NCBI GenBank assembly: GCA_963775895.1
Contig: CAVZKL010000020.1
Location: 1-64,000 of the forward strand
From: Candidatus Bathyarchaeota archaeon
Lineage (GTDB): Archaea; Thermoproteota; Bathyarchaeia; Bathyarchaeales; Bathycorpusculaceae
Length of the DNA: 64,000 nucleotides
Direction: 5' to 3'
The first letter of the stretch is position 1, and each line of letters opens with the position of its first letter. The position numbers were made by a program, and so were the translations under genes. Positions 1 through 11,177 of this stretch are shown here, piece by piece. The notes beneath the pieces were generated by a model. That model made no database searches, was not told the DNA's origin, and was given only the letters and a program-made list of their open reading frames with translations.

Positions 1-344
1 AACTTGGCCACAGCACGATGGCTGCTGCCGAGGTCACCTGTCACGACTGCCATGAGGTGCCGGCTGACTACGCCGGGGCGGTGGCGCACGAGGGCACCTT
101 CGTACTGCGCAGCCCCACCCCGGCGCGCTGCCAGAAATGCCATGACCGGGAAGTGGCGCAGTTCTATCAGAGCCGGCACTCCCTGCCCGCCTACGTCGCC
201 TACGCGGGCGCCCAGGACCTGTCGGAGCAGTTCCTGGCGATGTATCAGGCCATTCCCGAAGGCAGCTACGCGCCGGACAAGTTGCGCCATGCCCTATACG
301 CCATCGAAGGTCCCGGAGTAACCCGCTTCCGCTTTTCTTGTTGA
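1..344 (+). pseudogene. Multiheme c-type cytochrome fragment (5' partial at window edge, apparently 3' truncated)
   Basis: Two CxxCH heme motifs (CHDCH, CQKCH). Visibly much more GC-rich than the rest, with an abrupt drop near 325 just before the stop. Confidence 0.7.
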
Positions 345-526
345 CGATGCAAGAGAGAAGAAACTTGTCCATAGAAGAAATATCCTGAATTCAATACTGG
401 CTAGAACCCAATTTGGTAGGTTTGCGGAAAGTTGTAGCCGAACCCAACCGAATCGGAAAGGAATCCAAGAATTTATATCCTTGAAGAGTTAGCCGTTGGG
501 TAGGAGATTATTAAATCATCGAAGAT

Positions 527-916
527 GTGATGATAAGGATTTCAGTGTTGTGGATATTCGCCGCAGTAACAATGTTAGCTCACTACGCATTGTTGTTCTT
601 TGAACCTGATGTTTTGCAGAAAACGGGTGCAAGTGCAGATGCTACGGCCCGCTTAGCGGTTGGAGAGGCGTTCGCTAACTGGCTGATTCCCATGACGATG
701 GCTTTTCTTTCGGTGACCTTAGAGGGTTTTGCAAATCGTTATCTAAATATGGTTTTAGGCGGATTGTATATTCTCCTAAGCATATTCCACGTAGCAAGGT
801 GCCCCATAATACACGTATCCAATAAGCCCTCAATTCACCAATTGCTGCTTGGCATTTCAACAGTTGTGGTAACTGTACTGATCTTCTGGTATGCATTGAA
901 TTGGCAGATTTCTTGA
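527..916 (+). CDS. Small integral membrane protein (about 4 TM, DUF6326-like)
   Basis: 129-aa ORF with four hydrophobic segments; 'NRYLNMVLG' resembles the family motif. Confidence 0.6.
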   Translation: MMIRISVLWIFAAVTMLAHYALLFFEPDVLQKTGASADATARLAVGEAFANWLIPMTMAFLSVTLEGFANRYLNMVLGGLYILLSIFHVARCPIIHVSNKPSIHQLLLGISTVVVTVLIFWYALNWQIS

Positions 917-923
917 AGGAAAG

Positions 924-1625
924 GTGAGCCGCTTGAGTACGTTCGTTCTGGTTCACGGTTCATGGCATGGAGGCTGGTGCTGGAAGAAGCTCATGCCCAA
1001 GCTAGTTGAGCAAGGGCATGTTTGCGTTGCACCTACGCTTTCGGGCATGGGGGAACGTTTCCACATAGCGTCTCGCGGTATGGGTCTCTCGGTTCACATC
1101 CAAGACATAATCAATCTCCTAGAATTTGAAGATCTAAATGATGCCATCCTGGTCGGACACAGTTACAGCGGAATGGTCATCACTGGCGTTGCTGAAAGAA
1201 GTTCCCGTGTCAACAAACTGGTCTACTTTGATGCCATCGTGCCTGAACATGGACAAAGCATGTTTTCGCTGATGTCAGGCTTGGAAGATCAGTTCAACAG
1301 GAGCGTGGATGCCCGTGGAATGGTCCCCTCGTGGAAACCTGAGGATTTCGGCGTTACGGATCCTCGGGACATACAATGGATGAGATCACGCCTCAAGCCA
1401 ATGCCGATTCTAACGCATCAGGAAAAGCTTGATGCCCCAAAAATGAAGGCGAAGAAACTTCCTCGCTATTTTGTGCACTGCACGCAGTTTGGACTGGGAG
1501 AGTTTGCGGAGAAGATACGGCGAGAGGGAGGAATGGTCTTCGACTTGGATACAGGGCACGATGCCATGATAACTGAACCCGAGAAGCTTTCATCGATTTT
1601 GGACAAAATAGCCTCTGCCTCGTAG
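924..1625 (+). CDS. Alpha/beta hydrolase (esterase, methylesterase-like)
   Basis: FVLVHGSWHGGWCW, GHSYSG nucleophile elbow, terminal TGHDAM His. Confidence 0.9.
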   Translation: MSRLSTFVLVHGSWHGGWCWKKLMPKLVEQGHVCVAPTLSGMGERFHIASRGMGLSVHIQDIINLLEFEDLNDAILVGHSYSGMVITGVAERSSRVNKLVYFDAIVPEHGQSMFSLMSGLEDQFNRSVDARGMVPSWKPEDFGVTDPRDIQWMRSRLKPMPILTHQEKLDAPKMKAKKLPRYFVHCTQFGLGEFAEKIRREGGMVFDLDTGHDAMITEPEKLSSILDKIASAS

Positions 1626-2090
1626 GTTTCAACATGTGCCTATGGAAAACGTTCTGTGGAAAAGTTGTACCAGAACCGAGATAGACTGTTTTGTTGGGGT
1701 TGGGTTGGGGGAAAAGTTTTATCCCGCGCGCGCAAGCAGAAACATTCGAAGTGGCCACATAACACCAGAGAACCAGAAAGTTCAAATTGTGAAGAGAATT
1801 TTGAGACCTTAAAACAAAAAAGAGTCTTAAATGATTATCCAAGCGTCTGGATTTTGATATAACACTTTGGCATTCCCTTGCCACAGCATGTCCGCCAGTG
1901 CCAGAAATTGTTTGCGTGAAAGCCTTTTCATCATGCCACTCGCCAAAAGCCTTTGTGGCGAATCTTAATATAAACGGCGTTGTTAGGAGGAAAACATGTC
2001 TGAAACGGATATATCAACCCTGTCGCACCTTTTCAGCTGTTGAACAGCTGCCCCAATGCTCTTGGTCATTGAATCGGACACGTGAATGAT

Positions 2091-2774
2091 TCACTGTTGG
2101 CTTGCGCGAGAGCTCTTGTTCTTGCGAAAGGCCAGGAAATGTCTCTTCAATCGCATGGTTAAAGGTATGCCTCTTCCAAACGGTTCACATCTGCCTTTTT
2201 TTATCGCGCTAATTATGTCGTCTGGATTCGCCTTGGCATCGATCGCCGTGTATGCGAACCCTATTTCCGGTGCGTAGTGGGCATCACTTCCGGCGACGCG
2301 GGCGATTGAGAGTTTTGAGGCCAGCTTTTCACTGCGGTTAACAGAGTATCGAAAAGGGATTGCCGACGAGTTGATAACTTCGATGGCATCGAATTTTGAA
2401 CTGACCCGTTGACCCAGACTTCCCCTGTTGCCACCTCCGCTGCCCTTGAAGAGTGAGGATGGATGGCAAGCGATGGCAATTCCCCCTGAATCATGGATTT
2501 TTTCCACTGTCTCTTCAGCTGTCAACCCTCTGGGCACGGCTTTCCCAACGTTGAGTCCAACGATGTGCCCGTCGAGGCTTGAGACTTCCATTCCAGGAAG
2601 GATCAGGAAGTCGATCCTACTACAGATCTTGAGTGCGCTGTCAAGGCAATCGTGATCCGTCACCGCAACGCCATCCAGTCCGCGTTTTCTTCCGTATAGC
2701 GCAAGCTCTTCTGGTTTTATCGTGGAATCTATCGAGCACACGGTGTGGACGTGCAGGTCTATTTTTAGTGGCAA
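2091..2774 (-). CDS. PHP-family metal-dependent phosphoesterase
   Basis: IDLHVHT, VTDHD, GMEVS, ACHP, GSDAH motifs; probable TTG start at 2774. Confidence 0.88.
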   Translation of the reverse strand: MPLKIDLHVHTVCSIDSTIKPEELALYGRKRGLDGVAVTDHDCLDSALKICSRIDFLILPGMEVSSLDGHIVGLNVGKAVPRGLTAEETVEKIHDSGGIAIACHPSSLFKGSGGGNRGSLGQRVSSKFDAIEVINSSAIPFRYSVNRSEKLASKLSIARVAGSDAHYAPEIGFAYTAIDAKANPDDIISAIKKGRCEPFGRGIPLTMRLKRHFLAFRKNKSSRASQQ

Positions 2775-2797
2775 GATTTCAAAGCCTTGACATGATT

Positions 2798-4496
2798 TCA
2801 AACGGTTTTGCTCAGTTTTTCTCTGACCTTTTCGAGTCTTTCTGCCAATTCCTCTGGGCTGTCTTCGATTTTCTTGAACAGAGGCGTAGCTTTCTGAATT
2901 CTGTGGCCAAGGGGCAAAGGCTTCAGTGCTTCGTCCCAGTTCTTTTCTTCCACTTTGCCGGACAAGTTCAGAGTCGTCCATATTTCTTGGGCAGCAAACG
3001 GGATGAACGGTGATGACGTCACTGCGAGAGCTTTGACGAATCGGGTCGCTAATGAAAAAATGCTAGCTGCTTTCTCTTTGTCCTTCTTTATGAGGTTCCA
3101 CGGTTCCTTTTCGTTCAGGTATTGGTTTCCGACGCGACTTACACTTATGATGGTGTTTGCTGCTGATTGAAGCTTACACGCTTCCAGCTCTCTTGCAGCT
3201 ACTTGCACTTTCTCTTCGAGTGTCTTCAAGACTTGAATCGAATCAGAGTCAGAAGGGCTTGTCTGAGGAACGATACCGTCAAACTTTGAATTTACGAAGG
3301 TCAACGTTCTATGGACGAAGTTGCCGAAAGTGTCGTTCAGGTCGGCGTTGATTCGTTCAATGAAAACGTCCCATGAAAAGTTCGAGTCTTTGGTCTCGGG
3401 CCTAGTTGCGATCAGGAAGTACCTCCAGTAATCGGCTGGAAACAGTTCCAAAGCTTCATCCATCCATATCCCCACCTTTTGGCTCTTGGAGGCTTTCAAT
3501 CCTTTAAACTGCAGCCATTCGGTGGCCGACACCTGCCATGGCAGGTTGTAGTTTTCGCCCGAAGCCAGAAGCAGGGCGGGCAAGATTATCGTGTGGAAGG
3601 GGATGTTGTCTTTTCCTATGAAGTAGTACGTCCTAGCTTCTTTATTGAACCAATATTCTTTCCAGCCATCTGGCCTCGCCGCGATTCCTGAAGTACTCGA
3701 TCGTTGCTGAAACGTACCCCAAAACGGCTTCAACCCAAACGTAGATGCTCTTTTTTTCCGCACCTGGAAACGGTGCCTGAATGCCCCAGCTCACGTCACG
3801 GGTTACTGCCCGAGGCTTCAAGCCTTCCTTCACGAAATTTAGGCTAAAATTCCTTGTGCTGCTCGCTAACTGCTGATTGCTGAGAAGGTACTTGGTGATT
3901 TGTTCGGAGAGTTTGGGCAGGTCGAAATACCAGTGTTTGGTCTGTCTTATCACTGGTTTACTCTTGCAGATTGCGCAGTACGGCTCTATCAAAAGCGTCG
4001 TTTCAAGAAGTCTGCCACAGTTCTCGCACTGATCTCCGCGAGCTCGCTCGTAACCGCAGTATGGACATTTTCCTTCAACGTACCTGTCCGGCAGGAACCG
4101 ACTGCATTTTTCGCAGTAGAGCATCTCAGTTTCCTGGGCGAATATGTATCCGCGATCATAGATTTCCATCAACAGTTTCTTGACAAATTCTTTGTGTACC
4201 GGATTCTCAGTCCTCGTGTAGTTATCGAATGAGATCCCCCACGCCTTCAGGAGAGCGACGATCTTGGCATGGTTTCGGTCAGTCATCACCTTTGGCGAAA
4301 CGCCTAACCGCACGGATTCGACCTCAACGGGAGTTCCGTGTTCGTCTGAACCGCTCACCATGACAACGTCTTCACCTTTAAGTCGACTGTATCGTGCAAA
4401 CACGTCCGCAGAAAGAACGGAACCCACCAAGTTGCCAAGATGCGGAAGGCTGTGCACGTACGGCCACGCTGAGGTTACTAGAGTTTTACGTCTCAA
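2798..4496 (-). CDS. metG: Methionine--tRNA ligase (single frameshift near 3675, probably sequencing error)
   Basis: TSAWPY..HLGN (HIGH), Zn knuckles [22 protein letters not shown] (KMSKS). ORFs 3642..4496 and 2798..3763 join. Confidence 0.95.
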
Positions 4497-4913
4497 TACA
4501 TACTCAACATCCGTTAACGTTTCAGTAGAGGATTAGAAGTTCTATTACTTAGATAAAGCGATTGCAAAGAAGCATTAATTTTCAAGCGCCTTATCAATCA
4601 GCTTCAAGTCTTCATGCAGTTGCTTCTGACCCTATCGCAAGCGCGCGAAAGAAGATTAAAAGACGAAAGTTAACGTTTACCTCTTTTTTGATTGTGCGCA
4701 CCATCTCATCCGCGAATGATGGCTCATGAAGAGGCACAAAAAGTTGAAGCAGTTTTGGAGAGACTCGGTTTCAAAATCGACTATAAAGAGTAGTTATTCT
4801 GCGCCTGCTTGTCCTTATCATGGCGTTGAATATATTCTTTAAGGGCTTCCTTTATGACTTGGCTGAGCGCGCGCTTGTACGCATTTCAACTTTCTTTTAG
4901 CGTCTGCAGTTCC

Positions 4914-5084
4914 CTACGTTGTGCAGTCTTTGTTGTCTTCCTTTGCTTTGCATTGAGGGCAGAGATGTGACCTTGGTCGCCGGCGCGGGCTCGACATCTT
5001 TGCGTAGATGTACAAGGGATATTGAGTACAGTTCTTGCACCAGTGCCAGTTGTCATAATCACTTCCCTTTACATAATCCACCAT
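4914..5084 (-). CDS. 56-aa Cys-rich putative Zn-binding microprotein (not in ORF track)
   Basis: Hand-translated MVDYVKGSDYDNWHWCKNCTQYPLYIYAKMSSPRRRPRSHLCPQCKAKEDNKDCTT*; WHWCxxC...LCxxC. Confidence 0.7.
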   Translation of the reverse strand: MVDYVKGSDYDNWHWCKNCTQYPLYIYAKMSSPRRRPRSHLCPQCKAKEDNKDCTT

Positions 5085-5363
5085 TCACATCATCGCAGAA
5101 CCATTCTGTATCAACCCACTATTTCTGCATGTCGCCAATAGCGCGCGCTACCTCTTGCCTAGTAGCCGTTTTTTTATCCATATCAAGCTATTTTTTATTT
5201 TTTTAAAGATAAAAAATGGATTATGACTCATCATTTTATCTCCTTTATGATTTTTGCCGGAATACCGTTTCTCGGAACCCTTCAACTTCGGAGCGAATAC
5301 GGACTCGTATCTCGCAACGCGCCTAAAAGCCTTGGCGCGCGCTTCTCTCCGCGAGCTTCATTG

Positions 5364-5819
5364 TCATACGCCTGTCACTATGGTGTCGAAACTGAAATCT
5401 GTGATTCCGCTTATGTTTGCAGAGACTGACAGAGTAAGAGTGGCTGTCGTGACTGTCTGAGGTTCCAAGACCTGTCCTTCTCGGTTCCAAGCTAATGTCA
5501 TATATTCAGATGCGTTTGCTGGATTCCAATTCCGAGTTGTTAAGTTCAGCTTGACGGCTGAGCTTCCTTCGTTTCGAACATAGAGTGTAACGCTGCTTGC
5601 AGCTCCTGGGGAAAACAGTCCCCAATCAACGGCAACCGTTGTATTGGTACACGCATTATCCCAGTACAAGCCAAGGTTAACTGCCTTCAATTTCCCCTGA
5701 TTCGGAACTGCTTTTCTGTTGGAAACAGCCTCGACAACGGCAATGGTTGCGGTAGCCACCAGAACCGCTATAGCCAATGCTGCTACAGGAAAGAGCCTAT
5801 TCCTATGCTGAACTGTCAA
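5364..5819 (-). CDS. Secreted or membrane-anchored hypothetical protein (Ig-like beta-rich)
   Basis: N-terminal hydrophobic segment; 'VDWG..PG....TLYVRNEG' pattern. Confidence 0.7.
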   Translation of the reverse strand: MTVQHRNRLFPVAALAIAVLVATATIAVVEAVSNRKAVPNQGKLKAVNLGLYWDNACTNTTVAVDWGLFSPGAASSVTLYVRNEGSSAVKLNLTTRNWNPANASEYMTLAWNREGQVLEPQTVTTATLTLSVSANISGITDFSFDTIVTGV

Positions 5820-6052
5820 ATGAATTCGCCATCAATACCAATTATATTGAGTCTTAATAAACATTATTTCGTGAACGCCCAACACAAAAACACGTCAAAT
5901 CCGAACCAGAGTTGCTTAACTAGGGGCGCAATGAAGATTTTGTCGATGCCTTTGCGGGCGCGCGAAGGTGACTTTAACGTCGCCTAACTTAGACTATTCG
6001 TTTTTCGCATTTCATACGAACGTTTTGATCCGCTTGTCCTTGCTGCTTGGAG

Positions 6053-7067
6053 TCAACAGGCATTACAAGTTTCGCCTATTTTGACGATGTCATTCAGCAC
6101 TGCCTGCGCTGTCTGTTCCGGACCTTGAAACCGTACGGAGATGAAAACCTGTTGTGATTTCTTGAAATTCAATTTCAACCCCATATCCCCGCCGTTAACA
6201 GTGGTCAATGGGTCATCCTGTGCGATGATCTTGGGACCTACGGACAACCTCAACCTGTTTCCTTCCCTGGCAATCTCGCACAGCAGTTTCACTTTCTTGT
6301 TCAACGTTTCAGCCTTCTCGATCAACCCTTCAACATCTCTTATCCCTCGGACCTTGACGTCTTCGAGTTTTGCGTTCATCTTGAACAGCGAATTCGCCAG
6401 TATGACCACTTTTCTGGCCGCATCGACACCATCAACATCGTCCGCACTTTCTGTCTCAGCCCAACCGTCTTTGATTGCTCGTTTCAATGCTTCCTCGAAA
6501 GTTCTGCCCTTTTCCATCTCACCTATCATGAAGTTTGTCGTTGCGTTCAGAATCCCCTGCAAGCACAGAAGTTCATCAACCTTGAAGCACGAATCAACCA
6601 TGCAAAAAACAGGCAGATGAGCAGCTACAGTCGCCTCATAAAGAAGCCTGACACCGTTTCTTTCTGCCAGTTCCACGAGCTCCTTGTAGTTCACTACGAG
6701 TGGACCCTTGTTTGCAGTAACCACATTCTTCTTCATCATCAAAGCGGTTTTGATGTGAGAAAGCCCAGGTTCGCCCGAAAACGTTGACGGCGTCAGTTCA
6801 ACCACGACATCGCTGGCTACGTTCTTGATGGCTTCGATTGCACCGCACGTTTGGAACGTACTTGTCGAGAATCTTCAATCCATCGTGCTTACGTTTCAGA
6901 ACTTCATCCAGCTCCAAGCCTTCTCTGTCGATTGCCGTTCCCTTTGAATCAGAAATAGAAACCACTTTGACTGGAATTCCGAGCAGCTCTAGAGCATCTT
7001 CTTTCTCTCTTATCAGTCCAACGAGGTTTCTGCCCACGTTGCCGAAGCCTATCAGTTGTATTCTCAT
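6053..7067 (-). CDS. hom: Homoserine dehydrogenase (frameshift near 6845)
   Basis: IGFGNVG Rossmann motif, VVTANKGP, YEATV, GILNATTN, DVDGVDAARKVVILAN. Confidence 0.9.
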
Positions 7068-7174
7068 GCGATAGCCGTTGTTCCAAGAGGTATTTTAGAC
7101 TTGGCGCCCTCGCAATGGTTAGGGAACCGAAAAAGATTTTTGCGCTGAGTGCCGTCTGAATTTGGGGAGCTGTC

Positions 7175-7378
7175 GTGGATAGTCTTGAAGAGTTTAGACG
7201 CTACCGTGAGCGCATGAATTCTCGGATACTTTCGAGCGGAAATCTTGGGATCAAGCGGTTCTTTGCTTTGGACTCTAGAGCATATGAAAAGGGAGTTCTA
7301 AGTACCAAGACCAAGGAGTTGCTCGGGCTGGTCGCGTCCACGGTTCTGCGTTGTAATGACTGCATCACAAGTCATTAA
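7175..7378 (+). pseudogene. AhpD/carboxymuconolactone decarboxylase family, apparently 3' truncated
   Basis: FFALD...KTKELLGLVASTVLRCNDCI, then a stop right after the CxxC. Confidence 0.65.
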
Positions 7379-7444
7379 AGAAGAGTAATGATAACCTCTT
7401 ATGGGCTCTTTTTGACTGTCATAGTGCTCCCGGTGAGGTGAGTT

Positions 7445-8167
7445 CTAGAGACGGAACTTCCTTCTCGCGGCAAATACCACTGACGAGCCTATTGCTATTG
7501 CGTAGATCACGTAGGGTGTTGTTACAGAAAACAATTCTGTAGGCAGTATCTCTCCTCCAACCGTTGCGGGGCTGGAGTTGGGTGCTTTGTCATAGATTTG
7601 AACGAGCTCTGGTGTGTAGTATAATGGTGTTTCAAGCGTGTATACCATCCAGTTAAACGATTGAGGATTTCCTATGTCATTCAAAGATATGTTGGCGCTG
7701 ATCACTTTGTCGTTCTTCTCGATCGTGGTTATGTTAACCATATTGCCTGAAGTGGCGTTGATAAGCACGCGTAAAAACCAGGTGTCGTTGACAGGCGAAT
7801 ATGCTCCTGCGATAGCATAATCGATCCCCAAGTTGTTAGTCAAGAGTGGCTGGGTGGATCCAGTCGACTGATTCTTGTCAGTGTCGAACATAAAAACATA
7901 TTCTAGAACATTGAATTCTGGAATGCCTAATCCCGGTATCACGCCGTCCATGGTCATGTTCATCAGCAGCATGGAATCTTCTTGAACAATAGACGCCGAA
8001 ACTATGTCTGTGCAAGCGTGCCCAGAAACAGGATTTCCTGATGCGTCAAACCAATCTCCAACAGGGTCAAAGATATTTTGACCTTGCGAAAATGCGATTG
8101 AAGTCAATCCAAGCACACATAAAAAAGCAATTCCGGCAACCAAGTGTTCTTTTTTCAAGGATTTCAC
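7445..8167 (-). CDS. Secreted protein with C-terminal VGG + TM + basic tail anchor
   Basis: Signal peptide; DPVGD and DTDKNQSTG Ca-binding-like motifs; C-terminal TVGGEILP-TM-RRK. Confidence 0.7.
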   Translation of the reverse strand: MKSLKKEHLVAGIAFLCVLGLTSIAFSQGQNIFDPVGDWFDASGNPVSGHACTDIVSASIVQEDSMLLMNMTMDGVIPGLGIPEFNVLEYVFMFDTDKNQSTGSTQPLLTNNLGIDYAIAGAYSPVNDTWFLRVLINATSGNMVNITTIEKNDKVISANISLNDIGNPQSFNWMVYTLETPLYYTPELVQIYDKAPNSSPATVGGEILPTELFSVTTPYVIYAIAIGSSVVFAARRKFRL

Positions 8168-8335
8168 AACATTATGTTATCGGTTCTATAGCTGTTCCCT
8201 TATATGATTTGTGGACGATGCGCGCAGGGCTCTTTTTATTCCTTTTTCACTTTAACTTGTCTCTCTGCTTTTGCGAAATGTTGTTTCGGGTTATGCCCTA
8301 TTAAAGCCAAGAATGTCGTGTTAACGTGACAAACG

Positions 8336-8512
8336 ATGTCTTCCGCTAAATGTCCAAAATGCAATTCAAACATGAACGCTGACAAACATCTTCACGCGTT
8401 GGGTTGCGACGTGGAATTGGTCAAAGGTGGAGCCTTCCGAGATGAAACGATTGAAACGCGTTACTGCGAAAACTGCGGTTACATAGAGCTTTACAGAATT
8501 GCAAAGAGGTGA
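8336..8512 (+). CDS. 58-aa Zn-ribbon microprotein (not in ORF track)
   Basis: Hand-translated MSSAKCPKCNSNM...RYCENCGYIELYRIAKR*. Confidence 0.75.
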   Translation: MSSAKCPKCNSNMNADKHLHALGCDVELVKGGAFRDETIETRYCENCGYIELYRIAKR

Positions 8513-8600
8513 AACCTAGGTGACGCAAGCTCGCGCTTGCCAAATTTCTCTTATTACATTGCCCACTTTTTTGAATTCATCGTAGGTGAATTGGTATCTT

Positions 8601-9824
8601 TCATTTCCCGGCTGAAAGTTCTCGCACGGCATTCGCAAACTTGGACGCAGGCGCTTCCATCCGTACGCCTCGCGTGTTGAAATGAGTGGGCGTGACTCGG
8701 AGACCATTTCTCTTCAGGTATTCGATCACTTTTGCGACTGGTGGAACTGGCAGGTTTAGAGCGTCGCACATGTCGTCGACCACGAAGTAGCTTGGTGGAC
8801 CATCAGACTCTTGTTCTATCAATTGCAGAGTCTTTTGTATTCGAGCTCCGAGTCGGAGTCTTCTTGTGTGAGCTTCTTCTTGCATCATTCTGCAGAATTC
8901 ACGGTCACTTATCTTGCCGATCCAAAGAGGACCTGCCAGACTCAAAGTTGAGCCACACTCGCTGCATCTTCGATCGTGTTCAACCCAGAAGGGCCCTCGC
9001 ACGATCTCTCTGTGGAAGCACCTGAAACAATGAAGAATGAAACCCATTTTCTTTATACTTTCGTCAGCGTTACTAGCGCCATACTTGATCTTTGCGTAGA
9101 CCCTGACGTAGTGCTCACCACGGTGGCTGAAGATCACATCGATTCCAACGTCATGCTTCGCTGCAACGGTTGCCAGGCACCCGGCCAGTAGCCTCAGAGC
9201 AAGCTCATGACAGTACTCTGTTCGCAAAGGTTTTCCGCCGTATTTTCTGATGCAAGCCTTGGGATGGACGCCTGACAAAGACGCCATGTCTGTAGCAGTG
9301 AGAGCGATTAGCCCGTTGTTGCGGGAAGCCCGAACGGCCGAGTCCAAGTGACGGACGGGAGAGCCGAAAGGATCTATATCGATGACGTCGAAACGTCTGC
9401 GCGGCACGCTGTGACTGCTCAGAAGCAAGTTGGCCTCTTTCTTCTTCACGGTAGCAATTTTGCCGACATCGTTGATCTGCACGTTGTAAGCGGCCAGCCT
9501 GTAGGCTCTTTCGTTGATGTCACCCATCTCAACCGATCTAACGCCCTTGAGTTCTTTTGCGAATCGCACCCCTCTTATGCCGCAGCCTGTCAGGGGCTCA
9601 CATACGTCAATGTCGCAACCTAGGATTTTCTGATGCGTTTGCACAGTTAGAACAGCAATGTCCCGATTGAACTCCATGACAGGATTGTAAAAGACTGGAG
9701 CTTTGGAAGGCGCGTAGTCACTGGGTTTCTGGACGAACGCAGCAAGCTTGGGGACAAGTACGTCGACTCCGCCTTCTTTCACCATCTCTGTTGGATAATC
9801 CGGTTTGGAGTGTTCAGAAGCCAT
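8601..9824 (-). CDS. trm1: tRNA (guanine(26)-N2)-dimethyltransferase
   Basis: VFYNPVMEFNRD, GIRGVRF, IDIDPFGSP, TATD, HELALRLL, GPLWIG. Confidence 0.95.
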   Translation of the reverse strand: MASEHSKPDYPTEMVKEGGVDVLVPKLAAFVQKPSDYAPSKAPVFYNPVMEFNRDIAVLTVQTHQKILGCDIDVCEPLTGCGIRGVRFAKELKGVRSVEMGDINERAYRLAAYNVQINDVGKIATVKKKEANLLLSSHSVPRRRFDVIDIDPFGSPVRHLDSAVRASRNNGLIALTATDMASLSGVHPKACIRKYGGKPLRTEYCHELALRLLAGCLATVAAKHDVGIDVIFSHRGEHYVRVYAKIKYGASNADESIKKMGFILHCFRCFHREIVRGPFWVEHDRRCSECGSTLSLAGPLWIGKISDREFCRMMQEEAHTRRLRLGARIQKTLQLIEQESDGPPSYFVVDDMCDALNLPVPPVAKVIEYLKRNGLRVTPTHFNTRGVRMEAPASKFANAVRELSAGK

Positions 9825-9902
9825 TTCTTTGTTGGTCCCCGTTTATGGTTACGCAGAAACTCTTTAAGGGATATTAGATTTCTGGTTTAGATCGGGGGAA
9901 CC

Positions 9903-10469
9903 ATGAAGAAGCGGTTGTTTCTTATAACAGGCAGTCCCGGTGTTGGCAAGACAACGGTTCTTCTGAAGATCGTTGATGCTCTGAGGGCGAAAAGCAAAGT
10001 TGTGGGTGGGATGGCAAGTCGGGAAGTTCGGTCAGCGGGAAGCAGGATTGGTTTTGAGCTAACGGATTTGAGCAGTGGAAGAAGCGGCTGGCTTGCGAGG
10101 GTAGACCAAGAACAGGGTCCCATCGTTGGCAAGTATCGTGTAAACCTTGAAGACATTAACAGCTTGGGAGCGAGTGCGATAATGCAGGCTGTTGAGAAGT
10201 CGGACGTAGTAGTCATCGACGAGATTGGACCGATGGAGCTTCTTTCACAGCAATTCAAACAATCGGTAATGAAGACGCTCGAAAGCAACAAACCAGCAGT
10301 TTGCACTGTTCACTGGAACATGAAGAACCAACTGGTAGACGAGACAAAACGAAGGGTTGACGCTGAAACCTTCGTCGTCACCTACGAAAACAGAGATCGC
10401 CTGCATGAACAACTTGTCGAAAGAATAATGGATCTGCTAGCGCAGAAGGAAACGAACAAAGAATTATAA
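9903..10469 (+). CDS. NTPase_1 (THEP1-like) nucleoside triphosphatase
   Basis: ITGSPGVGKTT, VGKYRV, VIDEIGPME. Confidence 0.92.
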   Translation: MKKRLFLITGSPGVGKTTVLLKIVDALRAKSKVVGGMASREVRSAGSRIGFELTDLSSGRSGWLARVDQEQGPIVGKYRVNLEDINSLGASAIMQAVEKSDVVVIDEIGPMELLSQQFKQSVMKTLESNKPAVCTVHWNMKNQLVDETKRRVDAETFVVTYENRDRLHEQLVERIMDLLAQKETNKEL

Positions 10470-10490
10470 CTCAAGAGCAAACTAAGCTCT

Positions 10491-11177
10491 TTGAATGGGC
10501 TGATGTTGATGCTCATCGCAGGAGTGGACGATGCAGGACGCGGCGCAGTGATTGGACCCCTCGTCATAGCGGGAGTTGTCCTCGAGGACAAGGATTTGCC
10601 CAAGCTCAAGGAAATCGGCGCCAAGGATTCGAAGCTTCTGTCTCCGCACAGACGCGAAGTTCTCTCGGAACAGATCAGGAAGATCGTTAAAAAATACGCT
10701 GTGCTGAAACTTCAGCCTGACGAGATAGACGTTGTCGTGCAGAGCGGGAGGAAGCTTCACAAACTGAATTGGTTGGAAGCTCACACCATGGCCCGCGTTA
10801 TAGAAGAACTCAGGCCAGACAAAGTTTACGTTGACGCTTCAGACGTTCTAGAGGAACGGTTTAAACAGCACATTCTGGAGTGTTTGCCATTTGAGGTGGA
10901 CATAGTATCTGAACACAAGGCGGACCGGAACTACGTGGCAGTCTCCGCCGCTTCGATAATTGCAAAGGTTGAAAGAGACAGAGAAATCACGTTACTGGCT
11001 CAGGTTTATGGAGATTTTGGATCGGGCTATCCTTCGGATCCGCGGACCATTCACTTTCTGGAATCACTGATGAAAAAAGCGGATGAATATCCTGAATTTA
11101 TCAGGAAATCATGGAAACCTGCAAAGAAAGTAAAGGATGGAAGACGGATCACATCAGAGCAAACTCGTTTGATCTAA
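10491..11177 (+). CDS. rnhB: Ribonuclease HII
   Basis: AGVDDAGRGAVIGP, KDSKLL, VSAASIIAKVERD, GSGYPSD. Confidence 0.95.
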   Translation: MNGLMLMLIAGVDDAGRGAVIGPLVIAGVVLEDKDLPKLKEIGAKDSKLLSPHRREVLSEQIRKIVKKYAVLKLQPDEIDVVVQSGRKLHKLNWLEAHTMARVIEELRPDKVYVDASDVLEERFKQHILECLPFEVDIVSEHKADRNYVAVSAASIIAKVERDREITLLAQVYGDFGSGYPSDPRTIHFLESLMKKADEYPEFIRKSWKPAKKVKDGRRITSEQTRLI

